IMG/VR virus record: IMGVR_UViG_3300025154_000069
Coordinates: 15,080 to 79,079 of that record
Source of the DNA: a virus
DNA: 64,000 nt
Reading direction: 5' to 3' (one strand)
Each line of letters starts with the position of its first letter. Within the stretch, counting starts at the first letter, position 1. Below, piece by piece: positions 38,192 to 46,531 of the stretch. A model generated the notes under the pieces. The model did no database searches, had not been told where the DNA came from, and saw nothing but the letters and a program-made list of their open reading frames with translations. The position numbers and the translations under genes were made by a program.

Positions 38192-38497
38192 ATGTATACA
38201 AAAGAAGATATTGAAAAAGCAAAACAGTATTTGAGTGATGAGGGGTACGGAACAGGCAGTAATTTTACTTTAGACACAGTGGCTAATTTAATGGCAGAGT
38301 GGTCAGCAAAAAACACCCCTACCGCTTCGGTCGGTGATCCGTTGACTTACTCTGAACGTGAGGTAGATTTTGCTTACCTGACAGGGGTATTTAATGTTTC
38401 TGGAATTGACGGGCTGCAAAAGGAAATAGAGAGGTTAAAAGGAATAGGTAAAAATCCACATGACATTTTTTTCTATACCAAAACCTCACGGGCGTAA
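38192..38497 (+). CDS. Hypothetical protein
   Basis: ORF followed by a terminator-like hairpin at 38488-38511. Confidence 0.55.
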   Translation: MYTKEDIEKAKQYLSDEGYGTGSNFTLDTVANLMAEWSAKNTPTASVGDPLTYSEREVDFAYLTGVFNVSGIDGLQKEIERLKGIGKNPHDIFFYTKTSRA

Positions 38498-38539
38498 CCC
38501 GCCTGTATTTTGTAGAGTTTTTAACCAAATAATTTTTAT

Positions 38540-39043
38540 ATGAATGTAGTTGATTTGCGTGGGAAACTTCCCACATGGAACATACTAAAACCGAGTGAGC
38601 CTAAGAAGTTTTATCCTAATAGGAACCTATTAGACATTACTTCGATCGGTGTGCATCATTCCCTTACGTTTCGAGGGTCTGCTGAGGCTTTTGCAAGATA
38701 CCATGTCGAGCATAATTTATGGCCGGGTATCGGATATACTTACGTTATTGAAGAAGAGGATGGAAAGATAGAGTGGTGTTGGGATTGGGCTACCAAAACA
38801 GCACATGTTGGTAACTCTAACAGAACATCTTTGGGAATATGTTTGGTTGGTGACTTTAGAAAGGAAAAACCGAAGGATTTTATGCTTATAGCAGCAGCAG
38901 AGTTATGTTCAATGCTTATGGATAAAATACCTTCAATTAAGGAGGTAAAAGGTCACAGTTCCTATCCCGGATATTCTTGGAAGGAGTGCCCTGCTTTTGA
39001 TGTAAAGCTCATAACTGATTTAATGCCCGGCTACAATGGATAA
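38540..39043 (+). CDS. N-acetylmuramoyl-L-alanine amidase (Amidase_2 endolysin)
   Basis: VHHS, WPGIGY, AHV...N..SLGICLVGDF, GH, CP. Confidence 0.9.
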   Translation: MNVVDLRGKLPTWNILKPSEPKKFYPNRNLLDITSIGVHHSLTFRGSAEAFARYHVEHNLWPGIGYTYVIEEEDGKIEWCWDWATKTAHVGNSNRTSLGICLVGDFRKEKPKDFMLIAAAELCSMLMDKIPSIKEVKGHSSYPGYSWKECPAFDVKLITDLMPGYNG

Positions 39044-39374
39044 TATCCCGGGGTGGTTGGGAGAGAAGGAATCTACACGTAAGTTTTCCGGAAAGCAAGA
39101 AAAGAGGTTGGCAAAGACCTTTAACGGGAAGCTTACGTCAAATTCCGGAGCTACTTTCGGGCAGAATGATATTGAGAGCAGGGAGTTCTCAATAGAAAGT
39201 AAAATAACGGCAAAGAAGAGCTATTCGATAAGTGTGGATGAGTTCGAGAAACTTATAAAGAGAACACCCAACGGCAAGATACCTGTTGAGGTTATTACAT
39301 TTGACAAAGCTAATTTAGATTTAGCGGTTATTCGACTCGAAAATCTTCTTGAACTATTTAGAAATCAAAAATAG
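39036..39374 (+). CDS. PD-(D/E)xK Holliday junction resolvase-like nuclease
   Basis: QEKRLAK...SGA...ND......IESK.T. Confidence 0.7.
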   Translation: MDNIPGWLGEKESTRKFSGKQEKRLAKTFNGKLTSNSGATFGQNDIESREFSIESKITAKKSYSISVDEFEKLIKRTPNGKIPVEVITFDKANLDLAVIRLENLLELFRNQK

Positions 39375-39388
39375 TTTAATTTTGTTCT

Positions 39389-39416
39389 TATATTTGCCTA
39401 AATAACTTTATATTTG
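39389..39416 (+). promoter_or_regulatory. Two tandem TATATTTG promoter boxes
   Basis: TATATTTG at 39389 and 39409. Confidence 0.55.
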
Positions 39417-39424
39417 ATTAAATT

Positions 39425-39646
39425 ATGATACAGAAAAAAGACAAGAAACCGAAGGTTTTATTGAGCTATGAAAAGATCGGGAACATATACATGATGTACA
39501 TACATGTAAAAGGGAAAGAGCCAAGAGCTATTGTATCTACGATTAATAAGAATGATTTTTTAAAGAAAAGCTCAACGTATGTGGAGCAGTATCTTAAAAA
39601 GGGGAGAGAGAAAGAAAAGTTCATAAAAGGATTATTCAAACTTTAA
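39425..39646 (+). CDS. Hypothetical basic protein
   Basis: ORF after the promoter boxes. Confidence 0.55.
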   Translation: MIQKKDKKPKVLLSYEKIGNIYMMYIHVKGKEPRAIVSTINKNDFLKKSSTYVEQYLKKGREKEKFIKGLFKL

Positions 39647-39658
39647 AAATTAAGCAAT

Positions 39659-40849
39659 ATGTTGAAGTTTTATTTTGTAGGCTTACCTAACGGGCATTTA
39701 GAGTTTTTACACAACCAGACCACCTCTCAGGTTGATGGGGGGTCGTTGATTGACCCAAAGACAGAACTTAATATTCGATCAGGAGCTTTGTATGCCTGTT
39801 CGAGTATGTTCATTGTTAAGAACAGGGTTATAGCGGAGGACATACATGAGATAATAATTAATGGTAACTCTCTCGAATGTGATGCAGAACTGTCACCAGA
39901 GGCAGATACCATTATAGGTATGTATCTTAAAAAGGATTTGAACTCGGGTAATCCTTCGGCTGCACCGAAGAAGAAAATAGAGCCTGTGTCTCCTTTAGAT
40001 GTTTTAAAAAGCAACCCGGCCTTAGCCCCACCCGATTTCAGACAAACAGGATTTTATGTTGATAAAGATGTTTGGTATTTCCTTATCTGGTCATACATGA
40101 GAAAGAATCAGGTTCTTCTTGTGGGAGATGCGGGAACAGGAAAGACATCTTTACCAAAATTGGTTGTGGCTGCAATAAACAACAGGCAAAAGAAGTATGC
40201 ACAAGCTCCCATAGACATTCATTATTTTGACATGATGACAAGTAACCCGGAAGCAGAATTTAAGGGTGGTCTAAGGGTAGCAGATGGAAAGACATTCTTT
40301 CAATACTCTCGGTTCTCTAAAGTTATTCAGAGTCCCGGGCTTTCGGTGTTGAATGAAATAAACAGGGGAACGAAACAAACACAGAATATTTTCATGTCGG
40401 TTCTTGACGATCAAAGAACTTTATTCATAGAGAAAGGTGACGACTTTGAAAAGATACAGGTTCATGATAATCATACGTTCTTCGCTACTGCAAACATCGG
40501 GAGCAGATACACGGGAACAACGAGTATTGACCCGGCTGTTGCAAGGAGATTCGATTATGTGGAGCTTGTATATCCACCTAAAGACGAAGAGGCCAAGGTT
40601 CTTGAATATAGGACAGGGGTAGGCTCACGTGAAGCGGTGAAGATAGTTGAGGTATTGAACAAAATAAGAGAAAATAAGAACATCTTCACAAAGGTTTCTA
40701 CGGCTGACGGGTTAAAGATAGCTCAAAAGGTTCATGCAGGGTACACGTTACCACAGGCTTTCGATTTTACAATATCCTACAGGTTTGACTCCGATTTAGT
40801 GGATGGCGGGGAGAGAGGTATTCTTAAATCAATACTCACTGCCTTATGA
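39659..40849 (+). CDS. MoxR/CbbQ/CobS-like AAA+ ATPase
   Basis: GDAGTGKT, LNEINR, FFATAN, DPAVARRF. Confidence 0.85.
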   Translation: MLKFYFVGLPNGHLEFLHNQTTSQVDGGSLIDPKTELNIRSGALYACSSMFIVKNRVIAEDIHEIIINGNSLECDAELSPEADTIIGMYLKKDLNSGNPSAAPKKKIEPVSPLDVLKSNPALAPPDFRQTGFYVDKDVWYFLIWSYMRKNQVLLVGDAGTGKTSLPKLVVAAINNRQKKYAQAPIDIHYFDMMTSNPEAEFKGGLRVADGKTFFQYSRFSKVIQSPGLSVLNEINRGTKQTQNIFMSVLDDQRTLFIEKGDDFEKIQVHDNHTFFATANIGSRYTGTTSIDPAVARRFDYVELVYPPKDEEAKVLEYRTGVGSREAVKIVEVLNKIRENKNIFTKVSTADGLKIAQKVHAGYTLPQAFDFTISYRFDSDLVDGGERGILKSILTAL

Positions 40850-42948
40850 CATACAAAGAGTTTATAAAAAAGGATTGGTTAGATAGAAACTTCCTTGATT
40901 TTACGGTTAGAAACGTAAACGGATTCGATTGGCTCAGATACTATGGTACTGATGAGCACTCAAAGTTTTTGGGGAATGCTCAGGCAGTCGATATAGAAAC
41001 AGCAGCTCTTGTTTTCAGTAAACAAATGATCTCAGCTATTGCCCCAAGACCCATAAGCATAACTTTGGAGGGTGATGAGACGTACACCGATGGCCATAAT
41101 ACCATTGTTTTATCGAAGGAGATCACAAAGAGTTTCCCAAGATTATCCAAGTATAATGTTATTGATGTTTATATCGGCTTATCTATTCATGAATCGGCAC
41201 ACATACTGTTTACAGATAATAAGCTGTGCCTTAATGCAGCTAAGAAGGTTAAAAATACCGATCTCTTTTTGCTTATTCATAATATTGTTGAGGATGAAAG
41301 GATAGAGAATTTAGTTGGTATGAATAACCCGGGCTATTCAAGATATATAGCAAAAGCCAAGAGTTATTTTTTCAACAAGAATAATTTAGGGGTGTTTGAT
41401 GCAAAGGAGGATATTTTAAAGATTTTATCTGCCTTTACTTACATTATCCGTTACCCTTCTTCTACACCAGAAAACCTATTTACTGAGTTTGAGGTTATTC
41501 TTAATGAGATAATCTCTATACTTACCCCGTACCCGAAAACAAATGAGGAAGCCCTTGAGGGGACTAAAAAGATTTACGACCTGCTTGTTCCTATGATTAA
41601 AGAGGTAGAAAATAAAGAGGAACAAGAAGGGGAAAGTGATTCTGATTCCAAATGGAGTAAAGGCAAGTCTGGAAAGTCTAAAGGTGATGATGATTCGGAA
41701 GAGTCTGAGAAAAAAGATTCTGAGGAAGAAGAAAGCGGTGATAGTGGCGATGAGGAGCAAGAGGATGAACAAGAAGGTGAGGAAGAAGGTGGCGAGGGTG
41801 ATGATGGTGAGGATGAAGAAAAATCTGACGGGGATGATGAAGAAGAGGGTGACGGCAGTAAGGATGATGCTAAGGAAGAGCCTAAAGAGAAAAAAGGTGC
41901 GAAGGGTAAAGAGAAGAGCTCGAAGGAAGAAAATGAGCCGAAGGAGGAAAAGGGTGATGATGGAAACAAAGACACCGAGCTAACTGAAGAGGTTAAAAAA
42001 GCGATAGCAGACATACTTGATAAATTTGGGGTAAATGAAACGAAAGAGTTTACAGGGAGTAAACAAGAATTAGATAAGCTTAATTCAATAATTAGCTCAT
42101 TAGACTTGTCACCAAAGTTAGGTACTTATGAACTATCCGCTTTCCCTACGGTTGTTAATACCCCCAAGTCTCCTTCCAGATCATATGATTATAGACAATC
42201 TGTTGCTAAGGTAGGTCAATTCTCGGCCTATTTAAGGGCTGTTTTGAGCACGTTGAATAAAGATGATGATTACTATGAGAAGGAGTTGCGTAGCGGTGAC
42301 TTAGATGAGGATATGCTCCCCGATTTTCTTGCAGGTGGTTCAAACATCTATGAGGAAAGAACAACCATAAGGAATAGTGGTGGAGCCGTGATATTGATAC
42401 TTGATGCATCCGGGTCGATACAGACAAGACAGCTAAAGGGGGTTATAAGAGATATAGCCGTATTATTTCATAGAGCTTTGCACGGATTAAACAACATAGA
42501 ATTTTATTGTTATCAACACAATGCTCCCGGTTGGGGAAATGAGGTTTTAAACATGGGTATTCTATATGAGCATGGAAAAACTTTAGAGATGGATTGTGTT
42601 GCCTCTTATGATAACCCGATGGGTTCTAACAGGGATGGTCAAGCAATAATTTGGGCGGTGGATAGAGTAAAGAGTATATCAGAGCTCAACAGAAAGGTAG
42701 TATTTATGGTTAATGATGGAGAACCCTCGGCATCGGTTCCTGTAGGGTATGACACGACTACATACACAAGGAAGTGTGTGGAGCTCGTTGAGAAGCAACA
42801 CAACACGATGGTGATACAGATACCAATATATCAAGCTATACGGAGCGAATTGATGTATAATGATTTTATTCCGTTCAAAGATTACCCAAGTCTTATAGAT
42901 AAGATCGGGGAGAAAATACGTAAAATAATTAAAACTTTGCAGATATGA
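40846..42948 (+). CDS. CobT-like VWA partner protein with HExxH domain and acidic linker
   Basis: HESAH...EDERIE; long D/E/G/K tract; SGDLD; MIDAS DASGS; NDGEP. Confidence 0.85.
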   Translation: MTYKEFIKKDWLDRNFLDFTVRNVNGFDWLRYYGTDEHSKFLGNAQAVDIETAALVFSKQMISAIAPRPISITLEGDETYTDGHNTIVLSKEITKSFPRLSKYNVIDVYIGLSIHESAHILFTDNKLCLNAAKKVKNTDLFLLIHNIVEDERIENLVGMNNPGYSRYIAKAKSYFFNKNNLGVFDAKEDILKILSAFTYIIRYPSSTPENLFTEFEVILNEIISILTPYPKTNEEALEGTKKIYDLLVPMIKEVENKEEQEGESDSDSKWSKGKSGKSKGDDDSEESEKKDSEEEESGDSGDEEQEDEQEGEEEGGEGDDGEDEEKSDGDDEEEGDGSKDDAKEEPKEKKGAKGKEKSSKEENEPKEEKGDDGNKDTELTEEVKKAIADILDKFGVNETKEFTGSKQELDKLNSIISSLDLSPKLGTYELSAFPTVVNTPKSPSRSYDYRQSVAKVGQFSAYLRAVLSTLNKDDDYYEKELRSGDLDEDMLPDFLAGGSNIYEERTTIRNSGGAVILILDASGSIQTRQLKGVIRDIAVLFHRALHGLNNIEFYCYQHNAPGWGNEVLNMGILYEHGKTLEMDCVASYDNPMGSNRDGQAIIWAVDRVKSISELNRKVVFMVNDGEPSASVPVGYDTTTYTRKCVELVEKQHNTMVIQIPIYQAIRSELMYNDFIPFKDYPSLIDKIGEKIRKIIKTLQI

Positions 42949-43580
42949 AAAATTTTTGGAGAACGATTATCTTTATCTCATTAGGTGTTCACTTAGCCCT
43001 TTCTAACGCCAAGGTACTTTATAACCTTGACACAGGGATAAAGAACTTCACCGACATTCAAAACATAAATGTGTTCTTATCCATATTCTTTGCTATAAGT
43101 TATGCAATAAGCACATTATACCTAATAAATAAATCGGACAGGATTTGGCTGATAATTGTTTTTGCTGCACTCGATGGTATTCTTGTAGCACTTTGGTATA
43201 TTAACATAATAGAGGGAGTAACTTTTACTATTGTCGGAGGCTCGTTTTATGCGGTTTACACGTTTTTGATACTGATAGGAATCGGGGTGTTAAATGATAA
43301 AAATTCAGTAAGGAGTGAGTTACACTTAGTAATGGATAGTAACAAAGAGTTAATAAAAGTTAATGAATCATTAGCTAAAAAGAACGAGGAATTGATTGAT
43401 ATTGCTAAGGGTATGGCATCCGGGTATGTATTTTATATCAAATGGCGGTTTAACAAATCTATCAATGATGAGAATATAAAAATGGCCGAAGAATTGTTTG
43501 AGTCGGTTGATAAAAATTTTAACTTTACAGAATACACGACTGAGAATTTTAATCAAATTAAAAGTTTATTACATGGGTAG
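42945..43580 (+). CDS. Membrane protein with about four TMs and a coiled-coil tail
   Basis: Hydrophobic segments followed by a heptad pattern. Confidence 0.6.
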   Translation: MKNFWRTIIFISLGVHLALSNAKVLYNLDTGIKNFTDIQNINVFLSIFFAISYAISTLYLINKSDRIWLIIVFAALDGILVALWYINIIEGVTFTIVGGSFYAVYTFLILIGIGVLNDKNSVRSELHLVMDSNKELIKVNESLAKKNEELIDIAKGMASGYVFYIKWRFNKSINDENIKMAEELFESVDKNFNFTEYTTENFNQIKSLLHG

Positions 43581-44367
43581 TTTAGCAAATTTATTGAAAC
43601 CGGAAAGACTTCATGAGGTTCCTTTGTCACTTAACACCAAAGATGTTGACAGGAGATTGGAGAATGCAGAAACAGTGATGTTGTTTAACAGGATATTATC
43701 TAATCCGAAGAGGGTATCTAAATCTCTTCATCCGTCAGAGGTCAGCAACCCGTACCAAAAGCCCTGCAACCTCAGATTTTATTATGATCTTACGGGGGCA
43801 GAGGTTAATAAATTGTTTGTTTCTGATGCTTCGGTGAACAATCAGCTTCAAATCATATTCGACACCGGAACACTTTTACACCTATACACCCAAGCAACTT
43901 TGTATGAACAAGGTTATCTGGAGGCATTTGAGGTTCCTTGTTCGGAGCCGGGAATACTTACCGAAGGGATGGCTGACGGAGTGTTTAATCCGGGTGTGCT
44001 CGACATACCAAAAGGAAAGAAAGCGGTGTACGAGTTTAAGACTATCGGAGATAACGGTTTTAGAAATCTGAGGGGAGCACCAAAGAAGGAGCATGTTGGT
44101 CAAGCAAGTATCTATGCAGACATATTGGGGATAGACTTGATCTATTTTCTGTATATGAACAAGAATACTTCTGAAACCAATAGTTTTCTGGTTCCTGTCG
44201 ACAAAAAATTCATTGAAAAATATAGAGAGCTCGCTAAGTATTTGCGAGACCTTATTAAGAGAAACACATTAAAGAAGGTTAAAACTTTTCCGGACAGAAT
44301 ATGCAAAACAAAAAAGGACGGGGAAGCAATTAATTGTAGATTTTCGGACATTTGTTTTAAACAATAA
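43573..44367 (+). CDS. Cas4-like PD-(D/E)xK exonuclease
   Basis: HPSE, GTLLH, GMADG, YEFKT, QASIY; 1+3 Cys (C...C...CRFSDIC). Confidence 0.8.
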   Translation: MGSLANLLKPERLHEVPLSLNTKDVDRRLENAETVMLFNRILSNPKRVSKSLHPSEVSNPYQKPCNLRFYYDLTGAEVNKLFVSDASVNNQLQIIFDTGTLLHLYTQATLYEQGYLEAFEVPCSEPGILTEGMADGVFNPGVLDIPKGKKAVYEFKTIGDNGFRNLRGAPKKEHVGQASIYADILGIDLIYFLYMNKNTSETNSFLVPVDKKFIEKYRELAKYLRDLIKRNTLKKVKTFPDRICKTKKDGEAINCRFSDICFKQ

Positions 44368-44371
44368 ACCA

Positions 44372-44566
44372 ATGGAAAATGTTACCAGAGAAGAACTCGA
44401 AAGGGCGGTTAGAGCCTGTAACTCTAACATCACGGTTGAATACCTAAAAGATAAGAGCATCGAATCTCTTTTGAGGTTGATGCATCCTGTAGAAAGGAAT
44501 AAATACAAACGAAGATTAGGGTTAATAAACGAAGGAGAAGAAAAATATGAAATTGACGAAACATAA
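44372..44566 (+). CDS. Hypothetical protein
   Basis: Tightly packed ORF. Confidence 0.5.
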   Translation: MENVTREELERAVRACNSNITVEYLKDKSIESLLRLMHPVERNKYKRRLGLINEGEEKYEIDET

Positions 44567-45056
44567 CAGGGGTAATGACATTGATCTGTCATTCTTACCA
44601 GAGGCAGCGGTTGATAGAATAACCGATATATTTGATTCTTACAAGAACACCAAGGTTATTCCATCAGTAGCTAAACCTTCGGGAGCACCAGAATTTCCTA
44701 ATAAAGTTTCCGGGGTAGACTTGAATGAGCTTAGGGATTATCATTCACAATTCGAGAGTTGGCTCGGTTACACAAAAGACAGACTAAAATTCTTTAAAGT
44801 AGTCAAAACTGTAGTGTCTGATCTCATGGATGATGCCTATAACAAGCGTATGGCTGATTTAAAAGATGCTAAGGGGAATATTGAGGGTAAGAAAGCTCAT
44901 GCAAGAATAGGGAAAGAGTATTTAAACCTAAAAGCTATTTACATAAAGGCAGAAGCTCTTGAAGAAATGTTGTATAATGAGACTACAAGGCTTGAAAGCC
45001 ATGTAATGTCGCTAAGAGCCGAATTAAAAAGTAGAGAGTTGAACTCTAATTTTTAA
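44547..45056 (+). CDS. Helical coiled-coil protein (possible recombination mediator)
   Basis: All-helical; located in the nuclease cluster. Confidence 0.4.
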   Translation: MKLTKHNRGNDIDLSFLPEAAVDRITDIFDSYKNTKVIPSVAKPSGAPEFPNKVSGVDLNELRDYHSQFESWLGYTKDRLKFFKVVKTVVSDLMDDAYNKRMADLKDAKGNIEGKKAHARIGKEYLNLKAIYIKAEALEEMLYNETTRLESHVMSLRAELKSRELNSNF

Positions 45057-45060
45057 TAGG

Positions 45061-45549
45061 GTGGAAAAGAAAACTACAAATAGGCGAACATGGAAAAACT
45101 TCGAGACCGAGGTTGCCAAGATGTTTGGAACGAGCAGAACACCTCTTAGCGGTGCGGTTCAAAGTTTAACAAGAGCAGATACTCTCCACGCTAAATTGTT
45201 TTTTGAGTGTAAGCTCAGGAATGAAGATCACCCTTTTGTTATTTTACACAAGATTTTTTCCAACCATAATAAGACCGTTATAGCCTGTGATAGCCTTTTA
45301 ATTATGCACGATTCGGTGTTTGATGAGTTATACAGAACTAAGCTTACGGTAAAAAAGATTAGGCTAACACACAAAATTGTATATAAGAATTTAAAAAGTA
45401 TTGTAACTTTGTACGACAAAACAAGAGAAAAGGCAGAAATTGAGAAGAAAATACCGGTAGTTGCCATAAAGATTAAAAGCAAAAGGGGGTTCTTCTTGGG
45501 GTTTGACCTTAAAGACTATCAAGAAATTTTAGACTACTATGGAGAATAA
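45061..45549 (+). CDS. PD-(D/E)xK resolvase-like nuclease
   Basis: WKNFETEVA...RTPLSG...AD......ECKLR. Confidence 0.7.
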   Translation: MEKKTTNRRTWKNFETEVAKMFGTSRTPLSGAVQSLTRADTLHAKLFFECKLRNEDHPFVILHKIFSNHNKTVIACDSLLIMHDSVFDELYRTKLTVKKIRLTHKIVYKNLKSIVTLYDKTREKAEIEKKIPVVAIKIKSKRGFFLGFDLKDYQEILDYYGE

Positions 45550-45835
45550 AAGCAGCATTTTGTTTGTAAAAAGTACAACGCCAACCAAACAGTTAGCATC
45601 CTCGATCGTATTGAAATATGAATCGGAAGGAGCTAAGGTAATCGTTTTACGGTCTATTGGAGCCGGGAGCATAGCACAGTGTACTTATGGAATCCTTGTC
45701 GCAAAGGGAATACTCGAAAAAAAGGGAAAATCGGTGTCGATGGATTTCAAGTATGTCGATGTTATAAATACCCGGGAAAACAAAGATACAAAGCCGAAAA
45801 TAACTGCGGTGGAGTATACGGTCTCCGTATATTAA
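45539..45835 (+). CDS. spoVS: SpoVS-like (Alba-fold) nucleic-acid-binding protein
   Basis: LFVKSTT..KQLASSI...LRSIGAGSIAQ...I.VAKG matches the SpoVS IGAGA.NQ...IARG pattern. Confidence 0.75.
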   Translation: MENKSSILFVKSTTPTKQLASSIVLKYESEGAKVIVLRSIGAGSIAQCTYGILVAKGILEKKGKSVSMDFKYVDVINTRENKDTKPKITAVEYTVSVY

Positions 45836-45865
45836 AACAGAATTATAAATAGAAGAATAGATTAT

Positions 45866-46255
45866 ATGTTAGAAGTTAAGATTATTCCTAAAAGGAGTGA
45901 ATCCTTTAAGTTAATTTATGTTGAAGGAGAAATATTGAAGCTTTTCGGTGAGAGGATAAAGGGTTATTTTTTAATTGACACGGGAGCCACACTATCCATT
46001 ATACACAGTAATTATTCGGACTTCCTTAGAGATACAGAATCAATAACGCTTGTAGGTGTTACAGGACAGAAAAAAACCAAGCATGGAATACTTGATATTG
46101 AGATCGGGGGTAGTAAATTTACCATAATGAATGCGGTTTCTTCTGACTTTAAACCTATGAAAAAGGGTACGTACTTAGGCATATTGGGCTTAGATTTCCT
46201 TATAGAAAATAGCTGTACTATAAATTTAGTTGAAAATATTTTGCATATTAATTAA
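45866..46255 (+). CDS. Retropepsin-like aspartic protease
   Basis: FLIDTGAT, flap GVTG, GILGLDFL. Confidence 0.9.
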   Translation: MLEVKIIPKRSESFKLIYVEGEILKLFGERIKGYFLIDTGATLSIIHSNYSDFLRDTESITLVGVTGQKKTKHGILDIEIGGSKFTIMNAVSSDFKPMKKGTYLGILGLDFLIENSCTINLVENILHIN

Positions 46256-46270
46256 AAGGTGTTATCTTTG
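46240..46270 (+). promoter_or_regulatory. Complete Bacteroidota promoter (TTTG-19 nt-TATCTTTG)
   Basis: -33 TTTG at 46240 and -7 box at 46263. Confidence 0.7.
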
Positions 46271-46327
46271 TTTCAACTAAAGTATACTACATGTTGTATT
46301 TTTAAAAAGGTTTAAAATTTTATAGCT

Positions 46328-46447
46328 ATGAAAAAGACCATCGTTTTAGGTGTGGGCGCATTAGCCAAATCTGCAATTTCAAGAACAAGAAGTTTGGTTC
46401 AAAGATCAAATGCATTTAACGCCACATTAGCCGGAGGCGGAAGATAA
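46328..46447 (+). CDS. 39-aa basic peptide MKKTIVLGVGALAKSAISRTRSLVQRSNAFNATLAGGGR
   Basis: Below the ORF-track cutoff; has its own promoter and terminator; A at -3 region and A-rich leader. Confidence 0.75.
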   Translation: MKKTIVLGVGALAKSAISRTRSLVQRSNAFNATLAGGGR

Positions 46448-46473
46448 GTACCCTCCAAACTAATCGCACATAC

Positions 46474-46503
46474 TAAGCACCTATAATCAGGTGCTTATTT
46501 TTT
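46474..46503 (+). terminator. Intrinsic terminator
   Basis: TAAGCACCT-ATAATC-AGGTGCTTA plus TTTTT. Confidence 0.8.
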
Positions 46504-46531
46504 AAGTTTAAGAATCTATATTTTGGCAGTC

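Noticed and set aside
38321-38335. ACCG-CTTCGG-TCGGT UUCG-tetraloop hairpin
   Set aside because: Short, intragenic, single occurrence; insufficient support.
41600-41990. Purine-rich low-complexity tract as a repeat element
   Set aside because: Explained by the acidic linker codons of the VWA protein.
43573-44367. Cas4-like gene as evidence of CRISPR-Cas
   Set aside because: No repeat-spacer array or other cas genes seen; solo Cas4-like nucleases are common in phage recombination modules.
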